64,000 nucleotides of DNA from NCBI GenBank assembly GCA_963703315.1, contig OY969811.1, positions 2,560,001-2,624,000 of the forward strand. Direction: 5' to 3'. Below the pieces are notes generated by a model. That model saw only the letters and a program-made list of their open reading frames with translations, did no database searches and had not been told where the DNA came from. Origin of the DNA: an uncultured cyanobacterium. Its GTDB lineage: Bacteria; Cyanobacteriota; Cyanobacteriia; Pseudanabaenales; Pseudanabaenaceae. How positions within the stretch are numbered: position 1 is the first letter of the stretch; each line of letters begins with the position of its first letter. Made by a program: the position numbers and the translations under genes. Below, piece after piece: positions 20,444 to 29,824 of this stretch.

Positions 20444-21619
20444 ATGCTAATTCGACTATTTCAAAAACAAGACAGCGATCGCATTGCACAGCTATTCCAT
20501 GATACTGTGCGCGAGGTGAATATTCGTGATTATTCGCCTGAACAGGTGAAAGCTTGGGCTCCCGATGATTTATATTTCACTGACTGGACAGAGGACTGCA
20601 CTAACAGCTTTACCTATGTTGCGGAAGAAGCGGGTGAAATAATTGGCTTTGCTCAACTAGAAGCCAATGGTCATATTGATTGTTTTTTTTGCCATAAAGA
20701 TTATCAGCGCTGTGGTGTGGGAACAAGGCTATATCGCGCCATTGAAGCAAAGGCTCTGGAATTAAAAATTGATCGCTTATTTGTGGAAGTGAGCATTACT
20801 GCGAGGGCATTTTTTAAAAGTCGTGGCTTTAAGGTAGTTAAGGAGCAGCAAGTTGCTTGTCGTGGCGAGAAGTTAACTAATTTTGTAATGGACAAGTCTC
20901 TAACAAAATATCTAGAGAAGCCTGAGCATTTTGTGGTGGCGACTTTCTATCACTTTGCTGATTTAGCTGATTATCGAGAAATGCGATCGCCTATTACGGA
21001 TTTTTGTAATCGTCACGAACTCAAGGGCGTAATTTTACTCGCACCAGAAGGGATTAATTCGACTATTGCGGGTAGTCGTGAAGGCATTGAGGCGCTACTA
21101 AGTTATCTACGTTCCGATGCACGTTTGCAAAATTTGGAGCATAAAGAGACGACCTCTGATGTCATTCCCTATAACAAGTTAAGGGTACGCCTCAAAAAAG
21201 AATTGGTAAAGTTTGGTGTATCAGGCATCGATCCTAGTAAAGAAGTAGGAACATATATCGATCCTAAAGATTGGAATGCCTTAATTTCTGATCCAGAAGT
21301 AATAGTTATTGATACGCGCAATATTTATGAAGTGGAGTTTGGGACTTTTAAAGGAGCGATCGATCCTAATTTAGATTTCTTCCATGAATTTCCTAAATAT
21401 GTCGAGGAAAATTTAAGCGATCGCAAGCAGCAAAAAATCGCCATGTTTTGTACAGGTGGTATCCGTTGCGAGAAAGCAAGTGCCTATATGTTAGCGCAAG
21501 GATTTGATCAGGTTTACCATCTTAAAGGTGGTATTCTCAAATATTTAGCAGAAGTTCCTCCCGAAGAAAGTCTTTGGGAAGGCGAATGTTTTGTCTTTGA
21601 CGATCGCATTGCCCTTTAA
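20444..21619 (+). CDS. Fusion of a YafP-like GNAT acetyltransferase and a TrhO (UPF0176 rhodanese) tRNA U34 hydroxylase
   Basis: N-half YS.EQV.AWAP, QRCGVG; C-half EGINSTI, DTRN.YE..GTF.GA, FCTGGIRCEK, YHLKGGILKY, CFVFD. Confidence 0.8.
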   Translation: MLIRLFQKQDSDRIAQLFHDTVREVNIRDYSPEQVKAWAPDDLYFTDWTEDCTNSFTYVAEEAGEIIGFAQLEANGHIDCFFCHKDYQRCGVGTRLYRAIEAKALELKIDRLFVEVSITARAFFKSRGFKVVKEQQVACRGEKLTNFVMDKSLTKYLEKPEHFVVATFYHFADLADYREMRSPITDFCNRHELKGVILLAPEGINSTIAGSREGIEALLSYLRSDARLQNLEHKETTSDVIPYNKLRVRLKKELVKFGVSGIDPSKEVGTYIDPKDWNALISDPEVIVIDTRNIYEVEFGTFKGAIDPNLDFFHEFPKYVEENLSDRKQQKIAMFCTGGIRCEKASAYMLAQGFDQVYHLKGGILKYLAEVPPEESLWEGECFVFDDRIAL

Positions 21620-21625
21620 AATAGT

Positions 21626-21769
21626 TAGGACTGACGCAGAAGTTGATAAAACCCTCACCCCTAGTCCCTCTCCCTGTGGGAGAGGGGAACAAGATTTCTT
21701 ACTCCCCTTCTCCCTCTCTGGGAGAAGGGGTTGGAGGATGAGGGCAGTTTTTAATTTGCATAAGTCCTA
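21626..21769. mobile_element. MITE, same family as 44975-45124
   Basis: TAGGACTGACGCA...TGCATAAGTCCTA ends; internal CCCTCACCCC..GGATGAGGG nearly identical to the second copy. Confidence 0.8.
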
Positions 21770-21806
21770 AGCGTTTAATAACTTATTAAATTCTCCCAAC
21801 AAGAAA

Positions 21807-23186
21807 ATGGTCGTCACAAATCATGATTCTCCTGCAATAGAACTGAGCGATTGGACAACAGATCGAGTATTGTCTCTAGCGCCCGATCCTGCCTCTGCTA
21901 AGAATGGTAAAGGTTTGGCAACATTAAATAAATGGAGTAACTTGGGTAAAGAGCAGCAGATCATTTGGGGTGAATGCCAAGGTAGTGGGAAAGATCCCTA
22001 TCGTACACAGATAGACTTATCTGAGCCAGCATTTCGTTGTAGCTGTCCTAGTCGGAAATTTCCTTGCAAGCATGGTTTGGGACTATTGTTTCTCGTAGTC
22101 AGCCAACCTACAGTTTTAGCTAATGGAACTCCGCCTGACTGGGTAACTGATTGGATCTCCTCACGAGCTAAAAGGGAAGAGAAACAAAAGCAAAAACTGA
22201 ATCAACCTGACAAGGTGCTTGACTCAGAGGCTCAGGCAAAACGGACTAATGCGAGACTGAATAAAGTCAAGGCGGGAGTACAGGATTTACAGATTTGGCT
22301 ACATGATTTAATCCGTCAAGGTTTAACTTCAGTAAGCACAGAATCCTATAAATTTTGGGAGCAACCTGCGGCAAGGATGGTTGATGCTCAAGCTCCTAGT
22401 TTAGCAAGGCAATTGCGTGATATTCCTAGTGTTATTGCGTCTGGTGCAGGATGGCAGGAACGATTGTTACAGAAATTAGGCAAGTTGCATTTGCTATTGG
22501 AAGGATTTCAGCGTCTGGATGATTTGCCTATGGGAATTCAGGCAGATATTCGCACGCAAATTGGTTGGACCCAAAATCAAGCAGAACTAACGGAATCGGG
22601 AAATGAAAAAGCTTCTAATCATTTAGTTCAAGATGTTTGGTTAGTAATGGGACAGCAAGTAGAAACAGAAGAACGCTTACGAGTTAGTCGAACTTGGTTA
22701 TGGGGAAAAAGTAGCGATCGCTATGCCTTATATTTACAGTTTGCTCATGGTACACAACCCTTTGAGCATAATTTCATGTTAGGAACTTCTCTAGAAGCAG
22801 AACTTGCTTTTTTTGAAAGTGCTTATCCGCTTAGAGCCATCATTACCAATCGACAGAGTTCTCCATCCTCTATATCAATTCTAGACAATGGGGGATCGGA
22901 AACTATTGATTTAGCGATCGCCTCTTACAGCAATGCCTTAGTTCAAAATCCTTGGTTAGAGCGATTTCCCTTCACTCTTCAGCAGGTGATCCCCGTTCAC
23001 AAAGAGGGCAAATGGTTTATTCGCGATCGCGCCGCCCATCTGTTACCAGTATCGTCACGGTTTGAGCGTGGTTGGACGCTCTTAGCTCTAAGTGGTGGTC
23101 ATCCTGTAACCATTTTTGGCGAGTGGCATGGCAGTGATTTTTATCCTTTGAGTATTTGGGCTGAAGGGAAATTTCATGTCATTTAA
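21807..23186 (+). CDS. SWIM zinc finger protein
   Basis: CSCPSRKFPCKH; AARMVDAQAP. Confidence 0.88.
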   Translation: MVVTNHDSPAIELSDWTTDRVLSLAPDPASAKNGKGLATLNKWSNLGKEQQIIWGECQGSGKDPYRTQIDLSEPAFRCSCPSRKFPCKHGLGLLFLVVSQPTVLANGTPPDWVTDWISSRAKREEKQKQKLNQPDKVLDSEAQAKRTNARLNKVKAGVQDLQIWLHDLIRQGLTSVSTESYKFWEQPAARMVDAQAPSLARQLRDIPSVIASGAGWQERLLQKLGKLHLLLEGFQRLDDLPMGIQADIRTQIGWTQNQAELTESGNEKASNHLVQDVWLVMGQQVETEERLRVSRTWLWGKSSDRYALYLQFAHGTQPFEHNFMLGTSLEAELAFFESAYPLRAIITNRQSSPSSISILDNGGSETIDLAIASYSNALVQNPWLERFPFTLQQVIPVHKEGKWFIRDRAAHLLPVSSRFERGWTLLALSGGHPVTIFGEWHGSDFYPLSIWAEGKFHVI

Positions 23187-23222
23187 GAAGTGATATATTT
23201 GTACATCTATAAATGGGATGTA

Positions 23223-26096
23223 ATGGCTACTAACCGCGAGAAAATTTTTGAATTTATTAACTTCTGCCGATCGCATATTCAAGGCAGAGAGCGCGGTGAT
23301 GCTCAGCCATTTTTAGGAGAATTTTTTAAGGCGTTTGGCTATGAGGGAGCCTTACAAGCAGGGGCAAAGTTTGAGTTGCCAATTCCCAAATCGAGTTTAC
23401 GGGGAAATACGGGCTTTGCCGATTTGTGGTGGGAACGTCCCCAAAGTTTTGGCAGCATTATCATTGAGATGAAGTCTAAAGGCGTAAATCTGACTCAGCA
23501 TTACTCACAGGCTTGGGAATATGCTAACCATACTTATCCATCGCCAAAATATGTAATTTTGTGCAATTTTGATGAGTTTTGGATTTATGACTTTCAATCG
23601 CAAATTAATACACCCGTTGATAAAATTCGGCTGATAGATTTGGCAGATCGGTTGGATGCGTTTACCTTCATGGAATATACTACCGAAGCCCCAAAATTTC
23701 GCGATTATCAGTTACCCGTGACTTTGCGAACGGCTCAGCGTATGGGCGATTTGTTTCGGTTGCTGAAGGCGCGATCGCAAAGGGATAAGTTTAAAGAATT
23801 GGATGCTCAGTTATTGGTTTTGCAATGCGTGATGGCAATGTTTGCCGAGGATCGTAAGCTCTTACCAGAGAATATGTTTTTGGAATGTTTGCAAAGATGT
23901 TTAGGCGGAGAGAGTAGCTATGATATTTTAGGGAATCTGCTGTTTCGAGAGATGAACCAAACGGGAATCACGCCATTGGGCAAATGTAAGGGTGTGGATT
24001 ATTTTAATGGCGGCTTATTTGCGAAAACTCCAGCGATCGAGCTAAATCGTGAGGAACTGGAACTGTTGCAATTATCGGCTCAGGATGACTGGAGTAAGGT
24101 TCGTCCTGCGATTTTCGGGAGCATTTTTGAAAGTACGGTCAATGAAGCGGTGCGCCATGCGGGAGGGATTCATTTTACTTCTGAAAATGACATTATGAAG
24201 ATTGTGCGCCCAACGATTAGTCGTTATTGGGAAGAAAGAATTGAAGTTGCGAGTACAAAAGAAGAGTTGAATTCACTACAATTGGAAATGCAGAACTATC
24301 GTGTGCTTGACCCTGCTTGTGGTTCAGGAAATTTCTTGTATATGGCATATCAGGAATTAAAACAAAATGAACAGGCTTTATTAGAAAAAATTGCCAAGTT
24401 GAACAAATCGGATCAAATTGGCTTGAGTTTCGTTACGCCCTTGCAATTTTTTGGAATCGATCGCAATCCTTTTGCAGTAGAACTAGCGCGAGTGACACTG
24501 TTGATTGCTCGAAAAGTAGCGATCGATGATTTGGGGTTAAATGAACGCGCTTTACCGTTGGATACGCTCGATCAAAATATTCGTTGTCAAGATGCACTGT
24601 TGAGTGAATGGAGTCCTGCGAATGCGATTATTGGCAATCCGCCTTTCCAATCTAAAAACAAGATGCAGCAAGAGTTTGGGGCAAGTTATGTGCAGCAAAT
24701 TCGCGCTAAATATCCTGAAATATCAGGTAGAGCCGATTATTGTGTGTATTGGTTCCGTAAGGCGCATGACCATTTGCCTGAAGGTGGTCGCGCTGGCTTA
24801 GTTGGTACAAATACAATCCGTCAAAACTATTCGCGGCAAAGTGGTTTGGAATATATCGTTAAGCATGGCGGCACGATTACGGAAGCGGTATCGAGTCAGG
24901 TTTGGTCTGGTGAGGCGGTAGTTCATGTTTCGATCGCCAATTGGGTGAAGGGGCAACAATCAGGTAAGAAAAAGCTCTATCGCCAGTTGGGGGATTCGGT
25001 TGATAGCGATTGGCAAGTAACGGAACTGGATGAGATTAATTCGGCTTTGTCGGAAGAGATTGATGTCAGTGAGGCTGTGGTAATACAGGCAAATGTAACA
25101 TCAGGGGCTTGCTATCAGGGACAAACACATGGACATGAGGGATTTTTATTAAGCCATGATGAAGCATCACAAATATTAGAGTTACATCCCAATTACAAAC
25201 AAGTTCTCTTTCCATACTTGACTGGTGACGAGCTTTTATCATCGTTTCCATCAATGCCACAGCGCTATGTGATTGATTTTTATCCTAAAACTTTGGAACA
25301 AGCTAAGCGCTATAAATTGTTGTTTCAACGGATAAAAGAGATGGTTCTACCGACTAGGGAATCGGCTGCGAAAGCTGAACTAGAGCGTAACCAAGAAACT
25401 CTGAAAAATAGTCCTAAAGCTAAAGTCAATCGACATCATCAAAACTTTTTGGCGAAATGGTGGCAACTCTCCTATCCTCGTGGTGAGATGATTCAAAAAA
25501 TATCGGCAATTCCGCGTTATATCGTTTGCTGTCAAGTTACCAAACGTCCTATTTTTGAGTTTATCGAATCGGCAATCCGCCCAAATGCTGCTTTAATTGT
25601 TTTTCCTTTACCAGATGATTATTCCTTTGGAATTTTGAATTCAAGCTTGCATTGGCAATGGTTTATGGTGCGTTGTTCAACCATGAAAAAAGATTTTCGT
25701 TATACCTCAGACACGGTATTTGACACTTTTCCATTTCCCCAATCTCCAAATTTAGAAACTATGCGAGAAATTGCTAGCGCTTCCGTAAATTTACGCGCTA
25801 TCCGTCATCAAATTATGCAACAAAAAAACTGGAATCTGCGCGAGCTATACCGATCACTAGAGCAAGGAACCTGTGAACCTTTACAAATCGCTCAACAAAA
25901 ATTAGATCATGCTGTGAGATCGCTCTATGGCATCACTGAAAATCAAGATCTCTTAAAATTTTTGCTAGATTTAAACTTAGAAGTGGCGATCGCTGAAGAG
26001 CGAGGTGAACCAGTAATTAAAGCAGGATTTCCTGAAATATTTCAAGAGGCGATCGCTGAATTTATTACCAATGACTGTGTAAAAATGCCAACCTAA
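23223..26096 (+). CDS. Type IIG (MmeI-like) restriction-modification enzyme
   Basis: N-terminal AD..IEMK nuclease, VLDPACGSGNFL, IIGNPPF, C-terminal TRD (FDTFPFP); GTG 23190 is an alternative start. Confidence 0.85.
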   Translation: MATNREKIFEFINFCRSHIQGRERGDAQPFLGEFFKAFGYEGALQAGAKFELPIPKSSLRGNTGFADLWWERPQSFGSIIIEMKSKGVNLTQHYSQAWEYANHTYPSPKYVILCNFDEFWIYDFQSQINTPVDKIRLIDLADRLDAFTFMEYTTEAPKFRDYQLPVTLRTAQRMGDLFRLLKARSQRDKFKELDAQLLVLQCVMAMFAEDRKLLPENMFLECLQRCLGGESSYDILGNLLFREMNQTGITPLGKCKGVDYFNGGLFAKTPAIELNREELELLQLSAQDDWSKVRPAIFGSIFESTVNEAVRHAGGIHFTSENDIMKIVRPTISRYWEERIEVASTKEELNSLQLEMQNYRVLDPACGSGNFLYMAYQELKQNEQALLEKIAKLNKSDQIGLSFVTPLQFFGIDRNPFAVELARVTLLIARKVAIDDLGLNERALPLDTLDQNIRCQDALLSEWSPANAIIGNPPFQSKNKMQQEFGASYVQQIRAKYPEISGRADYCVYWFRKAHDHLPEGGRAGLVGTNTIRQNYSRQSGLEYIVKHGGTITEAVSSQVWSGEAVVHVSIANWVKGQQSGKKKLYRQLGDSVDSDWQVTELDEINSALSEEIDVSEAVVIQANVTSGACYQGQTHGHEGFLLSHDEASQILELHPNYKQVLFPYLTGDELLSSFPSMPQRYVIDFYPKTLEQAKRYKLLFQRIKEMVLPTRESAAKAELERNQETLKNSPKAKVNRHHQNFLAKWWQLSYPRGEMIQKISAIPRYIVCCQVTKRPIFEFIESAIRPNAALIVFPLPDDYSFGILNSSLHWQWFMVRCSTMKKDFRYTSDTVFDTFPFPQSPNLETMREIASASVNLRAIRHQIMQQKNWNLRELYRSLEQGTCEPLQIAQQKLDHAVRSLYGITENQDLLKFLLDLNLEVAIAEERGEPVIKAGFPEIFQEAIAEFITNDCVKMPT

Positions 26097-26098
26097 TC

Positions 26099-27709
26099 AT
26101 GAACGAATCTTCACTATTACAAAATGTTACTGCGATCGCCCTCATCGGAACCCAGAGACAGCCATTTACTCCCATTAGTACTGATGGCAAGCTAGGTCAG
26201 CTACTAGCGAGTGTTGATACCACCAATCAAGAGGCAGCTTTGTTAAGTACTGTGGCGATCGCCACGATGTATCAGCAAGCAGGACAACTACCAATTACGA
26301 ATTACGAATTACGAATTATTGAACCTTGTGAATTAGATGATTTACCTCGTTGTAGCGATCGCACTGGTTACTATCTATCCTTGATGCTCAGTGGTGAACA
26401 TCTGCAACTGCTACCCGAACTGCTCGATTGCCTAGCGGATCTTGGACAAAGAGTTCATGAAACTAGCTTGCCAAGTTTACTGGACTTAGGGAAGAGGCAG
26501 TCGGATGTGTGCGAGGCGATCGCTAAAGTATTGGGTAAGCGTGGGCAATGGTTAGCGGCGCAAAATTCTGAATGGAACTATGTAGCGAGTGAGGATGATT
26601 CGGTATGGGAAACGGGTAGTAAGGCGGCACGGTTAATGTGGCTCTCGCAATTACGTCGTCAAGATCCAGACCAAGCAAGGCAACTGGTAGAGTCAACATG
26701 GAAGCAGGAAAGCGCTAGCGATCGCACTGCATTTTTGGAATCATTCAGCAATAATTTGAGTATGGCGGATGAACCTTTCTTGGAATCATTGCTTGACGAT
26801 CGCAGTAAGGAAGTACGGCGCGTTACCGTTGATTTGCTGACTTGTTTGCCTGAGTCGAGATTTTGCCAAAGAGCGATCGCCAGAGTTCAGGATTTCATCA
26901 AATTACAACGTGAAGGTAATCAGCAATATTTTACGGTTGATTTGCCTGAAGTCCATACGCCTGAAATGCTGAGGGATGGGATTGAGGCGAAAAGTAATGA
27001 TAATCAAATGGGCGATCGCGCTTCGTGGTTATTGAAGATGCTGACATCAACGCCATTATCTTTCTGGAATCAGCCTTTCTGGAATGAACCTTTAGCGATG
27101 TCAATTGAGGATTTAGTGAAGATGGCTAATCATTCCCAAAGCGATCGCTTAATTCTCCAAGGATGGATTGCATCGGCTCAAAAAACAGGAAATTTAGTTT
27201 GGTTGCAAGCCTTAGTTGAGTTTAGCCAAGAGGAGGGGGTTAATCGCATTGCTGGTCAGCCTTTAGCCGATAGTCTCATATTAGACTCTCAACAACAAGC
27301 AGCAGCAATCCATCTGCTCAAAAATCCTGATTTAGCCTTTAGTAATCTTTTTAAGTCGCTTCTCTTTAAGAATAAAACAATCTGGAATGAAGAAGTAAGT
27401 GCGATCGTTCTTGAAATAATTATCACTACTCTAGATCGATTTATCAAAATTTCTCAATTAACGAGTCACTATTGGGGCATCAGTGAATTTATTCGTGATG
27501 CGGCGAAATATATAGCTCCATCGTTGATTCCTGTGGCTAAGGATCAAGCGCTTGCGGTTAGTCAAAGGTTACAGGAGCTTAGCTTGGAATCTGACAACAA
27601 AAAGGAACTTAGGGAATGGGAATATACGCAAACAACATTACATAAATCCATTAAGCAATTCATCGATTTATTGCAAATTAGACAGGAAATGTTAGAGTCA
27701 ATTGTATAA
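26099..27709 (+). CDS. DUF5691 domain protein
   Basis: ALIGT.R, G.RG.WLA..N..W, DEPFLE..LDDRSKEVR. Confidence 0.8.
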   Translation: MNESSLLQNVTAIALIGTQRQPFTPISTDGKLGQLLASVDTTNQEAALLSTVAIATMYQQAGQLPITNYELRIIEPCELDDLPRCSDRTGYYLSLMLSGEHLQLLPELLDCLADLGQRVHETSLPSLLDLGKRQSDVCEAIAKVLGKRGQWLAAQNSEWNYVASEDDSVWETGSKAARLMWLSQLRRQDPDQARQLVESTWKQESASDRTAFLESFSNNLSMADEPFLESLLDDRSKEVRRVTVDLLTCLPESRFCQRAIARVQDFIKLQREGNQQYFTVDLPEVHTPEMLRDGIEAKSNDNQMGDRASWLLKMLTSTPLSFWNQPFWNEPLAMSIEDLVKMANHSQSDRLILQGWIASAQKTGNLVWLQALVEFSQEEGVNRIAGQPLADSLILDSQQQAAAIHLLKNPDLAFSNLFKSLLFKNKTIWNEEVSAIVLEIIITTLDRFIKISQLTSHYWGISEFIRDAAKYIAPSLIPVAKDQALAVSQRLQELSLESDNKKELREWEYTQTTLHKSIKQFIDLLQIRQEMLESIV

Positions 27710-27756
27710 CTCTTTTTGAAAATATAGATTAGCAATTGCCTTATTTGGCTTATTGG

Positions 27757-27829
27757 AAGTAGTGATATAAATTAGCGATCGCCACATCAAACAATAGTTT
27801 AACTACATCAGCTTTTAAAGCTTTATGCC
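27757..27829 (+). repeat. Approx. 73-bp direct repeat, copy 1
   Basis: AAGTAGTGATATAAATTAG..TTTAACTACATC..CTTTTAAAG.TTTATGCC; copy 2 at 28560-28632. Confidence 0.85.
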
Positions 27830-27950
27830 ATAGTTTTGAGAGAACCCATTATAATCTTAAATAAGATTTCAGGAAGTCAGCATGATTGTTGAAACTAGCA
27901 ACGAATGTAGAAGCTTATCAAACATATAAATAATAAATTCGGGTATTATC

Positions 27951-28181
27951 ATGCGTAAACAGATTACTGAATATACATCGCCTCTGGATGCTTTAGTCGC
28001 TTTAACTAAGCAACTATACAGTTATGAGATTAAATATCAAACTGATTCAGCAGACTTTTTTGTGCAGTATCAACAAGGTAAGACGGATGATGATGAAGAT
28101 AAGTTTGATTGGGCGAGTAATTACCGTCATTATCTAGCTTTACGCCAAGAATTAGAGAGCAAGCTAAGAAATGTCGCGTAA
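27951..28181 (+). CDS. Putative antitoxin (TumA-like)
   Basis: YE.KY...S..FF..YQ.G...D...F.WA; overlaps the downstream gene. Confidence 0.7.
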   Translation: MRKQITEYTSPLDALVALTKQLYSYEIKYQTDSADFFVQYQQGKTDDDEDKFDWASNYRHYLALRQELESKLRNVA

Positions 28182-28578
28182 TAGTTTTAGGGATTATTTT
28201 GATCAAATAGATCAACTTTTGGAAGCTTATCCTGATGTCTATGTAGAGAATTACAATGCGACAATTCTATCTAGTGAGCGAGCCAATCTCAAACTTCGAT
28301 TGCGTTTTTATTTCCAATATTTACTTTCTATCAGTGAGGCTTTGGTTGTTGTAGATGATCAAATTACGGCGATTGATTATCGCTATCATTTCCAAGATGG
28401 ACAGAACAATCTAGTTTTTCGCTATGACAATACGCCCCATTTCCCCAATTTGTCGAGTTTCCCTCACCACAAGCATTTAGCAAGTCAAGTAATTTCTTGT
28501 AATCAGCCGAGTCTTGAAACTGTTATTCAAGATGCGATCGCTTTTCTTGAGGGATTTGAAAGTAGTGATATAAATTAG
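28171..28578 (+). CDS. DUF6516 / TumE-like toxin
   Basis: YRYH.Q...FRYDN.PH..FPHHKH. Confidence 0.8.
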   Translation: MSRNSFRDYFDQIDQLLEAYPDVYVENYNATILSSERANLKLRLRFYFQYLLSISEALVVVDDQITAIDYRYHFQDGQNNLVFRYDNTPHFPNLSSFPHHKHLASQVISCNQPSLETVIQDAIAFLEGFESSDIN

Positions 28579-28632
28579 TGATCGCCATATCAGACGATTG
28601 TTTAACTACATCTGCTTTTAAAGATTTATGCC
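28560..28632 (+). repeat. Approx. 73-bp direct repeat, copy 2
   Basis: Matches 27757-27829 with a few substitutions; contains the toxin stop codon. Confidence 0.85.
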
Positions 28633-28667
28633 CCGCAGATTGAGCTTTTGCTCATAAAAATATTGAT

Positions 28668-29453
28668 TTAAGAACCTCGCAAGTGGCTAATTATAGGCGC
28701 TAAATGACTTGGCAAATCAACCGCAATAAGATCACTACAAGGTTCTATTGCAAGTCCACTAAGATGTTCAACATCTTGAACTTTTTTCGCGAGTATTTGA
28801 ATTAAAGATGCAGTCTTATCTAATTCAAATATATCCTGTGAATCAAGGACAATAATTGTCTTACCAGTTCTCGCATGAAAAAGAGCTTGTCGCAACCTTG
28901 CATCACCTAGCTTTTGTTGTCGTGATTCCTGACCTCTTTTAGGAAAACCTGAAGCACCATTCAAAGTAAAAAATATTCCTAGTCCAGTAGTACTGGGGAG
29001 ATTAATTTCCATAAGACTACATAATCTTGCAAACTGCTGATCATTTACTTGTGCCTTAGTACACTTAGCTTCAACAACAATATCTCTTTGATTATCTTTC
29101 ATATAAAGAAGTCTATAAAGAATCTCCCAATCTTCAGTATCACCACTTACGAGAAGGTCATACTGACAACTAGCAGAACGAAAACTTTTGATGCTAGTTA
29201 GTCCTCTCAGTCCACAAAATGTAAGAGCTACTATCTTCTCTAATAAATCGCCAGCATTTTTACGTTGTGTCTCTGTTGGGAATTTAATTGATATATAAGT
29301 TTTCAGTTCTTGTAAATATCCTGAAATTCTAGTGTCTGGTACATATAAATAAGATGCTATAGAGCTTCTTGCAATTTCATCTTTTGGATTTAAAACTTTT
29401 ATAGCCTTAAGTAAATTTACAATCAAGGCTCCTTGGTCTAAAGAATCTGACAT
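28668..29453 (-). CDS. PD-(D/E)XK (Mrr-like) nuclease
   Basis: GDLLE, QYDLLV, VVEAK, QFARL, GIFFT..G. Confidence 0.7.
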   Translation of the reverse strand: MSDSLDQGALIVNLLKAIKVLNPKDEIARSSIASYLYVPDTRISGYLQELKTYISIKFPTETQRKNAGDLLEKIVALTFCGLRGLTSIKSFRSASCQYDLLVSGDTEDWEILYRLLYMKDNQRDIVVEAKCTKAQVNDQQFARLCSLMEINLPSTTGLGIFFTLNGASGFPKRGQESRQQKLGDARLRQALFHARTGKTIIVLDSQDIFELDKTASLIQILAKKVQDVEHLSGLAIEPCSDLIAVDLPSHLAPIISHLRGS

Positions 29454-29456
29454 ATA

Positions 29457-29819
29457 TTAAATAAACTCAATAGGTTCTTTGGCTATGGCAATTACATCAA
29501 AAGACATTTCATCATAGTCTTCAATAGTTTCTCCACATTCAGGACAAGTCCAAGGTAAGTTAGGGAAACCTATCCCAAAAGGTATTGAACCTACAGATGC
29601 TTCGCTACAACTGTGATAGATAAGAAGACGATTACTGCATAGACCCGACAATCCAAGAGCAATAACAACTGCATAAGCTTGTGGTAGTTTTAATCGGAGA
29701 CTTATAACAAGCTCATGAGGCATTACTTTAGAATTTGGATTTCTAAACTTCTTACTCAGCTTTGTTTTTTGACTAGCGTCTAAGAAATTCAGTTTAGTCT
29801 CACAAGTAAATTGGTTCAT
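29457..29819 (-). CDS. Small hypothetical protein with putative Zn ribbon
   Basis: HSC...CPECG; 3-nt and 5-nt gaps to neighbours. Confidence 0.65.
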   Translation of the reverse strand: MNQFTCETKLNFLDASQKTKLSKKFRNPNSKVMPHELVISLRLKLPQAYAVVIALGLSGLCSNRLLIYHSCSEASVGSIPFGIGFPNLPWTCPECGETIEDYDEMSFDVIAIAKEPIEFI

Positions 29820-29824
29820 ACAAG

